DNA of 60,029 bases from positions 1-60,029 of the forward strand of contig JBGTIB010000036.1 in NCBI GenBank assembly GCA_041745875.1, in the 5' to 3' direction. The DNA comes from Flavobacteriales bacterium. Lineage in GTDB: Bacteria; Bacteroidota; Bacteroidia; Flavobacteriales_F; PHOS-HE28. Position 1 is the first letter of the stretch; every line of letters begins with the position of its first letter. Positions 27,282-37,077 of this stretch are shown here, one piece after another. The notes beneath the pieces are model-generated. The model worked only from the letters and a program-made list of their open reading frames with translations. It was not told the origin of the DNA and ran no database searches. The position numbers and the translations under genes were made by a program.

Positions 27282-30005
27282 ATGGGTTTGGGAGCGTACC
27301 GTGCGAAGCGTGATCTGAAGCGCACACCGGAACCCGATGACCGGACGAAGGCTCGAAGCGGTGCGCCCTTGGCCTTCGTCATACACCGACACAAGGCGTC
27401 GCAGCTGCATTACGACCTGCGCCTGGAAATGGACGGGGTGCTGAAGAGTTGGGCCGTTCCCAAAGGACCCAGCATGGCCCCGTCGGACAAGCGGCTGGCC
27501 ATGCAAGTGGAGGACCATCCATTCCGCTACAAGGATTTCAAAGGCGTGATCCCCGAGGGGAACTACGGCGCCGGGATCGTGGAGATATGGGATCGCGGTA
27601 CTTACAAACCACTGGAGTTGGACCCCAAGGAGGATCCTGAAAAGATCCTGCTCAAGGCACTGCGTGCGGGTTCCCTGAAGCTGGTGTTGAAAGGCCGCAA
27701 AGTGAAGGGTGAGTTCGCCCTGGTGCGCATGAAAGGCGAACAGGGACGCTCCTGGTTGTTGATCAAGCACAAGGACAAGTACGCGATGGATGCCTACGAC
27801 GCTGAAGCGCATACGCCGAAAAGCTCGCCCATCAACAAGGCGCTGGAAAACGCCGCAGGTACGAAAGGGAGAACCGCGAAGACCGCGAAAACAAAGAAGA
27901 CAGCGCGTAAAAAAGCGGCACCCACGCGAACACGAAAGCGCACTACGCCCAAAGTGGCGAAGGCGGCACTACCCGGTGCGGTGGTGGAACCTCAACAAAA
28001 GCGCTTCCACGTCCGCGGGCTAAGACGAAGCACCAAAGTGAAGGATCCCGTGAAACCAATGCTCGCCTCGGCGGACACGCCACCCTTCGATGACCCCGAC
28101 TGGCTCTTCGAAGTGAAGTGGGATGGGTACCGCGCCATCGCCGAGACCGGTGGCAAAGCACCCCGGCTCTATTCGCGCAACGGTCTGTCGTTCCTGGAAG
28201 TGTATCCGGATGTGGCCGGGGAATTGGGGCGCCTGAGGGAAGACCTCATTCTGGATGGGGAGATCGTGGCGCTCAACGATGACGACCGACCCGACTTCCA
28301 ACTGCTTCAGCACGCAGCGCAGGACGCTTCAACCCATGTGGTGTACTATGTCTTCGATCTGCTTTCCGTGGGGGGCAGGGACATCACCGATCGGCCCTTG
28401 GAGGAACGCAAGACCATGTTACGAAACGTGTTGACGGAAGGCACCCACGTGCGCTATTGCGACCATGTGGAGGAGCAGGGTAAGGACTTCTTCCGGGTGG
28501 CAGCGCAGGAAGATCTCGAGGGCATCATCGGAAAGCGACGCGACAGCAGCTATGCATCGGGCATACGCAGCCGGTCGTGGGTGAAGATCAAGAACCAGAA
28601 CACCCAGGAGGTGGTGATCGGTGGTTACACCGAACCGCGCAACAGCCGCAAACATTTCGGCGCGCTGCTGTTAGGCGTGTATGACAAGGGGCGCCTCCGA
28701 TATGCAGGACATGTCGGTACAGGTTTCGACACGCGTACGCTGAGGGAAATGATGGGCCTGATGAAACCCTTGGTGCGCAAGACCTCGCCATTCGGCGGCG
28801 CAGTGGATGCCAACATGCCGCCGGTATGGGTAAGCCCCAAACTGGTATGTCAGGTGAAATTCACCGAATGGACGCGCGATGGGCACATGCGGCATCCTGT
28901 GTTCATGGGCCTTCGGCCCGACAAGGAGGCCAGCAACGTACACCAGGAACCCATGGCGAAAAACAAAGGTGCGACCAGGGACAGGACCACATCCGACAGG
29001 ACGAAGTCCTCCCCAAAGCGAATGCGCAAAAGATCTGTCGACGCAACTCGAAAAGGGAAGAGCTCGGACACTGAGAAGCCAAACTCCCGGGACTTCAAGG
29101 TGGGCCGCAACACGGTCCACCTCACCAACCTCAATAAGATCTTCTGGCCGAAGGAAGGGATCACCAAGGGCGATGTGCTCGACTACTACGAACGCATGCA
29201 CGCGATCATCCTGCCGCATCTGAAGGACCGCCCGCAGTCGCTGAACCGCACTCCCAACGGGATCAAGGGCAAGGGCTTCTATCAAAAGGATGCGGGAGGC
29301 CAGGCTCCCGCCTGGGTGCCCTCCATTAAGATCCCCAGCGACAGCCGTGGCGGAAAGGACATCGACTATATCCTGTGCAATGACCTGGGCACACTGCTCT
29401 ACCTGGCGAATTTGGGATGCATCGAATTGAACCCTTGGAACTCGCGCAAACAGCACCTCCTGAAGCCCGATCACCTGGTGATGGACCTCGACCCCAGCGA
29501 ACGCAATAGCTTCGATGAGGTGGTGGAAGCGGCACTGGCCGTGAAAGTGGTGTTGGATAAGATCGGGGTGCGATCCTACTGCAAAACCTCCGGGTCGTCC
29601 GGGCTGCACGTCTACATTCCTACCGGTACGCGATATACCTACGAAGAGCTCGCACCCTTTGCGCAGGACATCATGCGCGTGGTGCACCGCATGCTGCCCA
29701 AGACCACCACCATGGAACGTTCCCTGGCCAAACGCCCAAAGCGCGCCATCTACCTGGACCATATGCAGAACCGCAAAGGACAGACCCTGGCCAGCGCCTA
29801 CTGCATCCGCCCGAAACCCGGGGCTACGGTGAGCACACCGCTCCTTTGGAAGGAGGTTGCTCCAGGCTTGGATATGCACGCCTTCACGATCGATACCGTT
29901 CCCGCACGTGTGGAACGCCTCGGAGACCTGTTCGCGGACATGCACGGGCAACGCCTTGCCCTGGCCAAAGCGAAACGCGGATCGGCCGAACTGCTGGAGG
30001 ACTAG
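27282..30005 (+). CDS. ligD: ATP-dependent DNA ligase D (phosphoesterase-ligase-polymerase architecture)
   Basis: Three domains are visible: the PE domain (FVIHRHKASQLHYDLRLEMDGVLKSWAVPKGPS), ligase motif I (EVKWDGYRA), and the primase-polymerase domain (LTNLNKIFWPKEGITKGDVLDYYERM...SGSSGLHVYIP). It starts 1 nt after the ku stop. Confidence 0.95.
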   Translation: MGLGAYRAKRDLKRTPEPDDRTKARSGAPLAFVIHRHKASQLHYDLRLEMDGVLKSWAVPKGPSMAPSDKRLAMQVEDHPFRYKDFKGVIPEGNYGAGIVEIWDRGTYKPLELDPKEDPEKILLKALRAGSLKLVLKGRKVKGEFALVRMKGEQGRSWLLIKHKDKYAMDAYDAEAHTPKSSPINKALENAAGTKGRTAKTAKTKKTARKKAAPTRTRKRTTPKVAKAALPGAVVEPQQKRFHVRGLRRSTKVKDPVKPMLASADTPPFDDPDWLFEVKWDGYRAIAETGGKAPRLYSRNGLSFLEVYPDVAGELGRLREDLILDGEIVALNDDDRPDFQLLQHAAQDASTHVVYYVFDLLSVGGRDITDRPLEERKTMLRNVLTEGTHVRYCDHVEEQGKDFFRVAAQEDLEGIIGKRRDSSYASGIRSRSWVKIKNQNTQEVVIGGYTEPRNSRKHFGALLLGVYDKGRLRYAGHVGTGFDTRTLREMMGLMKPLVRKTSPFGGAVDANMPPVWVSPKLVCQVKFTEWTRDGHMRHPVFMGLRPDKEASNVHQEPMAKNKGATRDRTTSDRTKSSPKRMRKRSVDATRKGKSSDTEKPNSRDFKVGRNTVHLTNLNKIFWPKEGITKGDVLDYYERMHAIILPHLKDRPQSLNRTPNGIKGKGFYQKDAGGQAPAWVPSIKIPSDSRGGKDIDYILCNDLGTLLYLANLGCIELNPWNSRKQHLLKPDHLVMDLDPSERNSFDEVVEAALAVKVVLDKIGVRSYCKTSGSSGLHVYIPTGTRYTYEELAPFAQDIMRVVHRMLPKTTTMERSLAKRPKRAIYLDHMQNRKGQTLASAYCIRPKPGATVSTPLLWKEVAPGLDMHAFTIDTVPARVERLGDLFADMHGQRLALAKAKRGSAELLED

Positions 30006-30799
30006 GTCAGCAACCCAGGAGCGGGCCGGGTTACCACCGCTGCAATGAACTGTTGCAGCTGTATCGCATTCGTTGAAGCCGATCCATAAGCGGTATTGTC
30101 GAAGATCACCCACACATGGATGCCTTCCGCAAGCATTGCAGCGATGCGCACCGCCAGCTTCTGCAGGAACTCCTCCTCATACGCGGACCAATACACCCTG
30201 GGACTTCCGTGCAGGCGGAAGTAGACACAAGACCCATACCCACCCGGTTCCATGCGGTCCGTGATCAATGGTGGATCGGCAGCAACACGCGCGATCCGAA
30301 GTTCCTCCAATCGTTCTGACACATCGCCAGTGGCCCAGGACAGATGCCGCGGTTCCAGAACGACAGTGCCATCGTACACCTCGCGGAGGGCGGTGAGGAG
30401 ATCCCCGGTGACATCGGTGAAGGGGTGTGAGGGTGGTAGTTGGATCAGCACAGGTCCCAGTCGATCGCCCAGTGCTTGTACCATCTCCAGGAACTCCTGT
30501 TCCGGACCGATGTCCGCCAACTTCCGCAAATGCGTGATGCCCGTGTACATCTTCACCGCGAAGCGAAGATCTTCGGGTACTGAGGCGGCCCATCGCTCGA
30601 AGGTCTTCCTGAGGTGTGGCCGATAGAAGGTGCTGTTCACCTCCACCGCGTTGAACACGCTTGCGTAGCGCTCCAGTTGTGAGTCGCCATGCAGCATCGC
30701 GGAGAGCGGCTTGGGAAGCTGCCAGCCTGCGGTTCCTATATGCAGGAACTCCGAACGAACCCGGGCATACTTCGGATCAGGATGTAACAATGGCATCAC
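30002..30799 (-). CDS. DUF72 domain-containing protein (YecE-like)
   Basis: The motifs IGTAGWQLP ... YASVFNAVEVNSTFYRPH ... FAVKMYTGITH are typical of DUF72. Confidence 0.8.
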   Translation of the reverse strand: MMPLLHPDPKYARVRSEFLHIGTAGWQLPKPLSAMLHGDSQLERYASVFNAVEVNSTFYRPHLRKTFERWAASVPEDLRFAVKMYTGITHLRKLADIGPEQEFLEMVQALGDRLGPVLIQLPPSHPFTDVTGDLLTALREVYDGTVVLEPRHLSWATGDVSERLEELRIARVAADPPLITDRMEPGGYGSCVYFRLHGSPRVYWSAYEEEFLQKLAVRIAAMLAEGIHVWVIFDNTAYGSASTNAIQLQQFIAAVVTRPAPGLLT

Positions 30800-30859
30800 G
30801 ATGCGCTCCCAGTTCCATGCCGCGACCCGTCAAGGATCGGCTCGGATGCACCCGTTCGC

Positions 30860-31339
30860 TCAAAGCAGACCTCGTGACCGTAATTCCGCTATGGAGGAGT
30901 TCGCATCACGATGATGTATGAACACGCCACCGGCTGCTTCCCAGAGATCGCTGTACTTCACCCGATCATCCACCAACACATCGCCTGGCTTGCAGTAGCG
31001 GCTTTTATGCCGCGCCAGGGTGGTGATCACCTCGACCCCAGGAAAGTGCTCCTGCACCCACGCCCGCTTCTGCGGTTCGGCCCATTTGCCGATGGGCAGG
31101 CCCGTCAGGATGATCGGACGCAGATGCGACACTGCAGTGTACAGGTCCATCGCGTCGGCCATCAGCGGTAGCCGGGCATAGAACTCCGGTGCGCCGGACA
31201 AACTTTTCCAGAAACGACCGGGGCCGTACAGGTCCTGATAGTCGCCTGGATGCATGCCCAGGATACGTTCCGCGCCGGCATCGAAGTCGGCAAGCACGCC
31301 GTCAAGGTCCAGATACAGTTGAGGCATGGTGACCGCCAA
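30860..31339 (-). CDS. HAD-superfamily 5'(3')-deoxyribonucleotidase-like protein
   Basis: It has HAD motif I (LYLDLDGVLADFD) and the size and pattern of the NT5C family. Confidence 0.6.
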   Translation of the reverse strand: MAVTMPQLYLDLDGVLADFDAGAERILGMHPGDYQDLYGPGRFWKSLSGAPEFYARLPLMADAMDLYTAVSHLRPIILTGLPIGKWAEPQKRAWVQEHFPGVEVITTLARHKSRYCKPGDVLVDDRVKYSDLWEAAGGVFIHHRDANSSIAELRSRGLL

Positions 31340-31610
31340 AATACGTCGGAGGGGACCATATCATAGGACCGGTCATCAAGACGTATACGGAACAAATGCG
31401 TGGGGAACGATCGAGGAGGACTGACAACAACAGAACGTGTTCCGAGGCGGGGCTTCCCCTTCCTATCGACCCATCCCCCCGCACAGGTGGGAACGGACGG
31501 TCCACACATGCTCCTGCATACCAAGCTGTTCCATGTCACCATTGAGCCGTGTTCCGGGCTCCCTGCACACACGGCGCAGGTCTTGTCTTCATAAAGGCAC
31601 GGAACAACCC

Positions 31611-32618
31611 ATGGCCAGATCACTCCATAGCGTACTATACCTGGTGATGCTCATCGCAGCACCACATGCTATTTCCGCTGCGCGTGGCACGTTGTACGCC
31701 GACTGCATCCTTCAGATAAAGGGGGCGCAGCGAACGGGCACCACGATCACGGTCATGCCAGGCGGTTCCCCGGCCTATGTCCTTTCTCCGACCACCAACC
31801 GTTTCATGCTCGAACTCCCGCTCGATGAAACGTACCTCATCACCTTCGAGCATCCCGATCGTGTGACGAAGCAGCTCTATTTCGATACCACGGTTCCGGT
31901 GGAGCATCACGCTGCTGACTTCGACTTTCCGCTGAAGGTGGTATTGGAACACGAGCGGAACGACTTCACCTATGCAGGGCCGGTGGGCTACATCCACTAT
32001 GAACATAGCATCACCGATTTCAGCTATGAAACAGACTACACGGTGAAGATGAACGGATCATTCCTGGAACGCATGGAGGTGCTGCATCGCACCGGTGCGG
32101 ACCCCATGGGTGTTCCTGAGCCGTTGGCATCACCTGAAAGGGCCCACCCTCCGGTCGTGGAGGATCCTGGACCGATCGAGCCTGGTACCACACTGGCACC
32201 CGTACTTTCACGCGTACCTCCCAGGGTCCAACGTCCTGTGATCGAGCCGGTCGAGCCCCACATACCCCAAGGTTCATTGGAAGAGATCGTTGTGGAACCT
32301 GTGGTATCCGATGCCCGGAAACTCCCCGAACCGAAGACTCCTGTGCACCATATTCCAAGGAACGTCCCCACTGCCCGGCCGCAGCCTTTGCCGGAAGAGG
32401 ACCCTGCACCGGTGCGCGCAAATGTGCAACGCGAAGAAGAACAATTTGTGGAATCAAGCCGTGTGACCACGATCGTTCGCTATCGCTGGGACCATGGACG
32501 GACGTTGGAATTTCGACGCGTGGTACATCACTACGGTGCGGTGTTCTACTTCCAGGATGGCCAAAGCATTCCGGAACACCGCTATGCCGATGGCGTGGAC
32601 AATGAACCGCAGCTGTAG
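31611..32618 (+). CDS. hypothetical secreted protein with a proline-rich linker
   Basis: A signal peptide is visible (MARSLHSVLYLVMLIAAPHAISA). I placed the start at ATG 31611 inside the 393-aa ORF. Confidence 0.5.
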   Translation: MARSLHSVLYLVMLIAAPHAISAARGTLYADCILQIKGAQRTGTTITVMPGGSPAYVLSPTTNRFMLELPLDETYLITFEHPDRVTKQLYFDTTVPVEHHAADFDFPLKVVLEHERNDFTYAGPVGYIHYEHSITDFSYETDYTVKMNGSFLERMEVLHRTGADPMGVPEPLASPERAHPPVVEDPGPIEPGTTLAPVLSRVPPRVQRPVIEPVEPHIPQGSLEEIVVEPVVSDARKLPEPKTPVHHIPRNVPTARPQPLPEEDPAPVRANVQREEEQFVESSRVTTIVRYRWDHGRTLEFRRVVHHYGAVFYFQDGQSIPEHRYADGVDNEPQL

Positions 32619-32671
32619 TTAGTACAGTTGCGGCATGCGATCGGTATCGGGCCCATTAGATCCAGACCCCC

Positions 32672-33124
32672 ATGAGCGTTTCTCCCATCCCCCCCGGTTA
32701 CAACACGATCACCACCTTCCTCATGCTCAATGACGTGAAGGGATTCATGGAATTCCTGCGCACGGTGTTCGATGCACAGCCCATCCGTTCTTTCACGACA
32801 CCCGACGGGACGGTGGATCATGCCGAAGCACGCTTGGGCGATTCACACCTGATGGTGGGCGACCCGATGGGAAAGCATCCTGTACGACCAGGCACGATGT
32901 ACTTCTATGTGCGCGATGTGAATTCGGTGTACCAGCAGGCGTTGGAAGCGGGTGCCCGTTCGATCAGCGAACCTGTGGACCTGTTCTATGGTGACCGGGT
33001 CGCTGGTGTCCAGGACGCATGGGACAATATCTGGTGGCTGGCCACACACGTGGAGGATATGACCGAAACGGAAATGGAAGAGCGGCACGATGCACGGTCG
33101 AAGGAACGTGCGGTGAATAAGTGA
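32672..33124 (+). CDS. VOC (glyoxalase/bleomycin-resistance) family protein
   Basis: Recognised motifs are HAEARLGDSHLMVGD and FYGDRVAGVQDAWDNIWWLATH, typical of PhnB-like VOC proteins. Confidence 0.8.
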   Translation: MSVSPIPPGYNTITTFLMLNDVKGFMEFLRTVFDAQPIRSFTTPDGTVDHAEARLGDSHLMVGDPMGKHPVRPGTMYFYVRDVNSVYQQALEAGARSISEPVDLFYGDRVAGVQDAWDNIWWLATHVEDMTETEMEERHDARSKERAVNK

Positions 33125-33263
33125 CCCCTTCGTTTCCTGAATGCTCAGGCGAAATGAATGTGTCCTTCATACGATGGAAGGTACGTAGCAATAAACTGGC
33201 ATGCGATCGCCCCCTTCATTGCGCATTCTGTAACGGACATCCACCCCTGAACATACTTTCGTC

Positions 33264-33491
33264 ATGCAACATCGAAGCAACACATTGATCCACCGCGCTT
33301 TTCCATTCATAGCCAGTATGCTGCTCCTGGTCGCCTGCCATACCGGCGAGGACAAGCACGGCAGTAGCCAGCAACCAAGCGTTGGTACCACCACACGCCC
33401 GCAAGGATCGGCTGCGGACACCATCACCAGCCAACGCGACTTCTCCCATCCGATCCGAAATCAGGGCACCGATACGACCATCACACCCTGA
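33264..33491 (+). CDS. small putative lipoprotein (75 aa)
   Basis: It has a lipobox-like FIASMLLLVAC followed by a polar tail. Confidence 0.4.
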   Translation: MQHRSNTLIHRAFPFIASMLLLVACHTGEDKHGSSQQPSVGTTTRPQGSAADTITSQRDFSHPIRNQGTDTTITP

Positions 33492-33503
33492 GCGATCACG
33501 GCA

Positions 33504-33540
33504 ACAGCAGGAAGCCCCGTCCCTTGGATCAAGGAGCGGG
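33504..33540. terminator. stem-loop between convergent genes (putative terminator)
   Basis: AGCCCCG (33504-33510) pairs with CGGGGCT (33528-33534). An inner CCTTG/CAAGG stem closes a GAT loop, and TTTGCTT follows. Confidence 0.55.
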
Positions 33541-33573
33541 GCTTTGCTTAGGATGTTGGTTCGGGAACCCGGA

Positions 33574-34188
33574 TCAGCGGCGCTGATCGGGTATGGTCGT
33601 ACCCTGGTTGTCACGGTTGGTAGGGGAAACGTAGGTTTCATTCCAACGGGCGTACTGTTCGGGTGTCAACACTGTTCTGATCTCCTCGTTGCGACGGTCG
33701 CTCAAAGGGCGGAAGTTCGGTTCCGTCCAAGGGGTGGCTCCCAGTGCATTGTACTCGCGCTCATAACCTGCGTCGATATCGCGCAAACGCTGCATCTGAT
33801 CGGGCTGTAGTTGATACTCACGGCCCATGTTATCGTCCCAACTCCTCCAACCCTGCTGGGCGGATCCACGACCCTGCTGGATACCCGGCTGTTGGGTGCC
33901 CGGTTGCATGGTGCCTGGCTGTCGCGTACCGGGCTGCTGGTGGGTCGGAGGTTGAGTCGAAGGGACCTGAGGACGCGCTGTAGGTCGTTGCGTATCGGTG
34001 CCTGGCGTGGTGGGCGTTGATTGTGCGTTGGCACTGAATGCGATCCCGAATGCAAGGCAGGCCACGGCAACTGAGCTCTTGCTGAACACAGGTAGAGTGA
34101 TACGGCGTCGCACAGGACGGATGGGCTCCTCGACCGGTGATTCCTGGGGTGGCACTGGAGCGGGTGGTTTGGTGGTGTACATCGTCAT
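33574..34188 (-). CDS. hypothetical secreted P/Q/T-rich protein
   Basis: It has a TM/signal segment (SSVAVACLAFGIAFSANAQ), a QQPGT repeat region and a helical C-terminus (LTPEQYARWNE). I placed the start at ATG 34188. Confidence 0.5.
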   Translation of the reverse strand: MTMYTTKPPAPVPPQESPVEEPIRPVRRRITLPVFSKSSVAVACLAFGIAFSANAQSTPTTPGTDTQRPTARPQVPSTQPPTHQQPGTRQPGTMQPGTQQPGIQQGRGSAQQGWRSWDDNMGREYQLQPDQMQRLRDIDAGYEREYNALGATPWTEPNFRPLSDRRNEEIRTVLTPEQYARWNETYVSPTNRDNQGTTIPDQRR

Positions 34189-34358
34189 TTCAATTAGGGT
34201 GTTTGATCTCCTCGGGAGGGACAGATCCGATGCCGTCATCATCCTCACCATCATCCGGGGGAAACTCACTTTCCGGTTGGGGAAGAACGACTCCTTCCGG
34301 GGTGGGTGTTGCTGTGATGATCACACATGGCAGCCCTGTTCGCAATGGTTCCCGACCA

Positions 34359-34673
34359 TCATCCTGATAAGGTATTGATGCGACGTTCCATGGCACCTGT
34401 CAGGGTACGGATGTTGATCACGGCGCGGTCCTCCACATACACTTCCAGTGACAAGACATTCGCTTCATCCAGTAACTGACCCAACAGTCGCATCATCGGG
34501 AGTGCTCCCCGATCCAGCAACAGAATTCGTTCGCCCACGAGTGTGACGCGTTCAACAGCATCCAGTTTCACCAGGCGAACGGTCGATACGTTCTGCTCTT
34601 CCATGGCAGCATCCTTCATCCTTCTTCTCGGGCCCATGATGCTGCGCCCGGCCTCAGGTACCATGCGCTGCAT
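34359..34673 (-). CDS. hypothetical protein
   Basis: This is a 104-aa ORF only. No motif was recognised. Confidence 0.3.
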   Translation of the reverse strand: MQRMVPEAGRSIMGPRRRMKDAAMEEQNVSTVRLVKLDAVERVTLVGERILLLDRGALPMMRLLGQLLDEANVLSLEVYVEDRAVINIRTLTGAMERRINTLSG

Positions 34674-34863
34674 ACGACGGCATGGTCAAAACCGAACTGG
34701 AATGTACCGAGCCCACTACATGAGGTGCTCCCTCCCCACAACGTTGATGTCATTCCGCAGGATCGACCGATACCCGATCCATGGTCCCTACCACCTCTAT
34801 CGGGACACCGTGAAAGGCAACAAACGCATACCCGATCGGCCAGTGATCTGCCGATGTACCGCT

Positions 34864-35421
34864 ATGGCGTTGCGAACCAATTTCAAACCAGGGGCACAAC
34901 AGTCGCTCGAAGCGAGCCGATACTTCATGGAACTCGCAGCGGATCTGTTGAGCGGGTTCCTTCCCACGGTGGAGCCGCGACGGATGCTGCTTCTGGAAGA
35001 TGGTCACGACCCCTTACCCCTGCGCATCTGGGACGCCATGCCCTCCATGCGCAACCAACTGGCGGCCATGATCCCGTGGTTGCGCGATACGGCCGAACAG
35101 ACCCGCATGCTGGGGCAGCATGGAAAGAAGGATGTGAAATACGCCTTGGAACTGGCGCGAACATGGATGGGTCTACGCCATGCGGAAGGAGCCGCTTTTT
35201 TGGAGATGCTCAACCCCGCGCACCCTTTCACCGACGATGAATGCAATGAACTGTCGGTGGGGATCCTTCAGGGGGAGACCGTCATGCTTTCCGCGCGGAA
35301 CGTCCTGTTCGTGAAAGTATCCACTGGCCTGTATGGGCTGACGGTCGCCGGATGGGGCAGCTTCCTGTTCGAACGGATCGAGGGGACGGGGAACTTACGC
35401 AAGCGGACACATCATGGTTGA
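34864..35421 (+). CDS. hypothetical protein (185 aa)
   Basis: I placed the start at ATG 34864 (MALRTNFKPG...) within the 292-aa ORF. No family was recognised. Confidence 0.4.
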   Translation: MALRTNFKPGAQQSLEASRYFMELAADLLSGFLPTVEPRRMLLLEDGHDPLPLRIWDAMPSMRNQLAAMIPWLRDTAEQTRMLGQHGKKDVKYALELARTWMGLRHAEGAAFLEMLNPAHPFTDDECNELSVGILQGETVMLSARNVLFVKVSTGLYGLTVAGWGSFLFERIEGTGNLRKRTHHG

Positions 35422-35458
35422 GAACGAGGAGATCAGCCGAGCTTTCGCTTCCGCGGTG

Positions 35459-35617
35459 CTACAGCTTGCGGCCGATGACCAGTCGATAGATCAGAGCGAT
35501 CGCGGCCAGGATCAATAACAGGTGGATCAGGTTGCCGACGATGGCACCGAAGCCGATGTAGCCGATGAGCCAGCCTGCGACGAGCACAACGATGATGATG
35601 TTGAGCAGCTTGTTCAT
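35459..35617 (-). CDS. lmo0937-family small membrane protein (52 aa)
   Basis: This ORF is absent from the ORF track because it is under 60 aa. My manual translation gives MNKLLNIIIVVLVAGWLIGYIGFGAIVGNLIHLLLILAAIALIYRLVIGRKL, two TM helices ending in the R..GRK tail typical of this family. Confidence 0.6.
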   Translation of the reverse strand: MNKLLNIIIVVLVAGWLIGYIGFGAIVGNLIHLLLILAAIALIYRLVIGRKL

Positions 35618-35788
35618 GGCGCTGGGTTGGTCAATGGATCACTGTCAGCTTTGATCTCAACGCGGTCAAAAAAGCTTTATCTGCCGGTGGTAGGTCCACG
35701 CGGATCCCTGCCCTCGAACCATTGGACCGGTACAGCGACCACTGTCCGTGATCGCTGCACCGATCAGCCATGGATCGGGAAGGTACGC

Positions 35789-36463
35789 TCAATCTGCGCC
35801 TCCCTCGGTCGTCCGTGTGCCTTCATCCGCACGGTTCGCCGGAGGAGTTGCGTCGCCCAGTATCGAATTGCCCACGGTCTCCCGGACATCCTTTACGGCG
35901 TTGATCGCCGTGGCCATCACCTTCACCACTGCCTTGCGCACGGGGCTCTTCGCCTTCCTGCTTCGCTTGACAGGGGTCGTCTTCTTCACGGCCACCTTGG
36001 CGCGTGACACCGTGCGCTTGGCCACCTTGACCACGGCCTTCTTGCCGATGGCGGATCTCCTGGCGACCTTTTTCGCGGTCTTCTTTACCGCGCTGCCACC
36101 TTTACGTACTGCGGTCTTCGCTGTCTTCTTGGCGGCTCCGGCCCGGGAAGCCACCTTCCTGCCAGCCTTTTTGGCCACCTTCTTCACGGCCTTCTTCGCC
36201 TTCGAAGTGCTCTTTCCGGCCGACTTCCTTCCGGCTGCAGCCTTCTTCACCGCACGCTTCGCCGTCTTCTTCACGGCACGTTTGGCGGTCTTTGCACTCT
36301 TTCGAGCCGCAGCACCCGCCTTCTTCTTTGCCGAAGTGGCGCGCTTGGCGGGCTTGCTGCCCGCACTCTTCGCCTTGCTCGCGGCTTTCTTCGCCGTACG
36401 TTTCACTGCTTTCTTCACGGCGGCCTTTTTGGCCACCGCTTTCTTCGCACTACGCTTTGCCAT
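35789..36463 (-). CDS. histone H1-like lysine/alanine-rich DNA-binding protein
   Basis: From ATG 36463 the sequence reads MAKRSAKKAVAKKAAVKKAVKRTAKKAASKAKS..., with ~200 aa of AKKA/KKTAK repeats. Confidence 0.7.
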   Translation of the reverse strand: MAKRSAKKAVAKKAAVKKAVKRTAKKAASKAKSAGSKPAKRATSAKKKAGAAARKSAKTAKRAVKKTAKRAVKKAAAGRKSAGKSTSKAKKAVKKVAKKAGRKVASRAGAAKKTAKTAVRKGGSAVKKTAKKVARRSAIGKKAVVKVAKRTVSRAKVAVKKTTPVKRSRKAKSPVRKAVVKVMATAINAVKDVRETVGNSILGDATPPANRADEGTRTTEGGAD

Positions 36464-36595
36464 GGTGTTGGATATTTCACGAAAGGTATCGTCAACGCAT
36501 ACCCCCTTCGTGCGCCTCCCTCTGCCCGATCGCGAACAAGTGGATGTTGGCATGCCCGGGTCGTGCACCTTGACCTGCACCCCCAGCTACCCTCG

Positions 36596-36997
36596 TTATA
36601 CCGGCCTGCGCAAAAGGTACCGGGTGATGAAAATGCCGGTCCCACCCTTGCCTTCGGCGGCACTGTTCACCCCGGTGTTCACCGTGTGCAGTTCCCAGCC
36701 TTCGCTCACATATTTGTTGATCGTCTCCACGATCACGCGGTCGTTGTTGGCGATGTTCTTGAAATTGATACCGACCGCACTGTAAAAATTCAACAGGTCC
36801 TTGCCTACTTCCTGGTCGGCCTGGTCGCTGATGATCACACGCGAGCGGCCGATGCCGGCAGGTACCACGCTCTCGATGGTGGAGAACTGGCGGTACTCGT
36901 AGGACATCGCCTGGGGACTTGGACGGAAGCTGTAGCCGAGGAAAAGGGTCAGGGCGAAGGATGCCCCGATCAACAGGGAACGTAGTTCGATCTTCAT
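36596..36997 (-). CDS. membrane-anchored hypothetical protein (possibly DUF4177-like)
   Basis: It has an N-terminal TM segment (LLIGASFALTLFLGY). The YEYRQF...EGWELHTV...GIFITRYLLRR pattern is reminiscent of DUF4177. Confidence 0.45.
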   Translation of the reverse strand: MKIELRSLLIGASFALTLFLGYSFRPSPQAMSYEYRQFSTIESVVPAGIGRSRVIISDQADQEVGKDLLNFYSAVGINFKNIANNDRVIVETINKYVSEGWELHTVNTGVNSAAEGKGGTGIFITRYLLRRPV

Positions 36998-37077
36998 GGT
37001 TGATGGTGTTTACTTTGTATCGGACGCTGAGGTGCGATCATTTGTTACACCCCCGTTCATCCTATCCCTGCAAAACT

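Noticed and set aside
28671-30113. A 480-aa minus-strand ORF antisense to ligD
   Set aside because: Its translation is not protein-like. The plus frame is an unambiguous LigD polymerase domain.
35748-36785. A 345-aa plus-strand F/A/L-rich ORF
   Set aside because: It is the complement-strand mirror of the K/A-repeat gene. I preferred the minus-strand H1-like reading, though without experimental proof.
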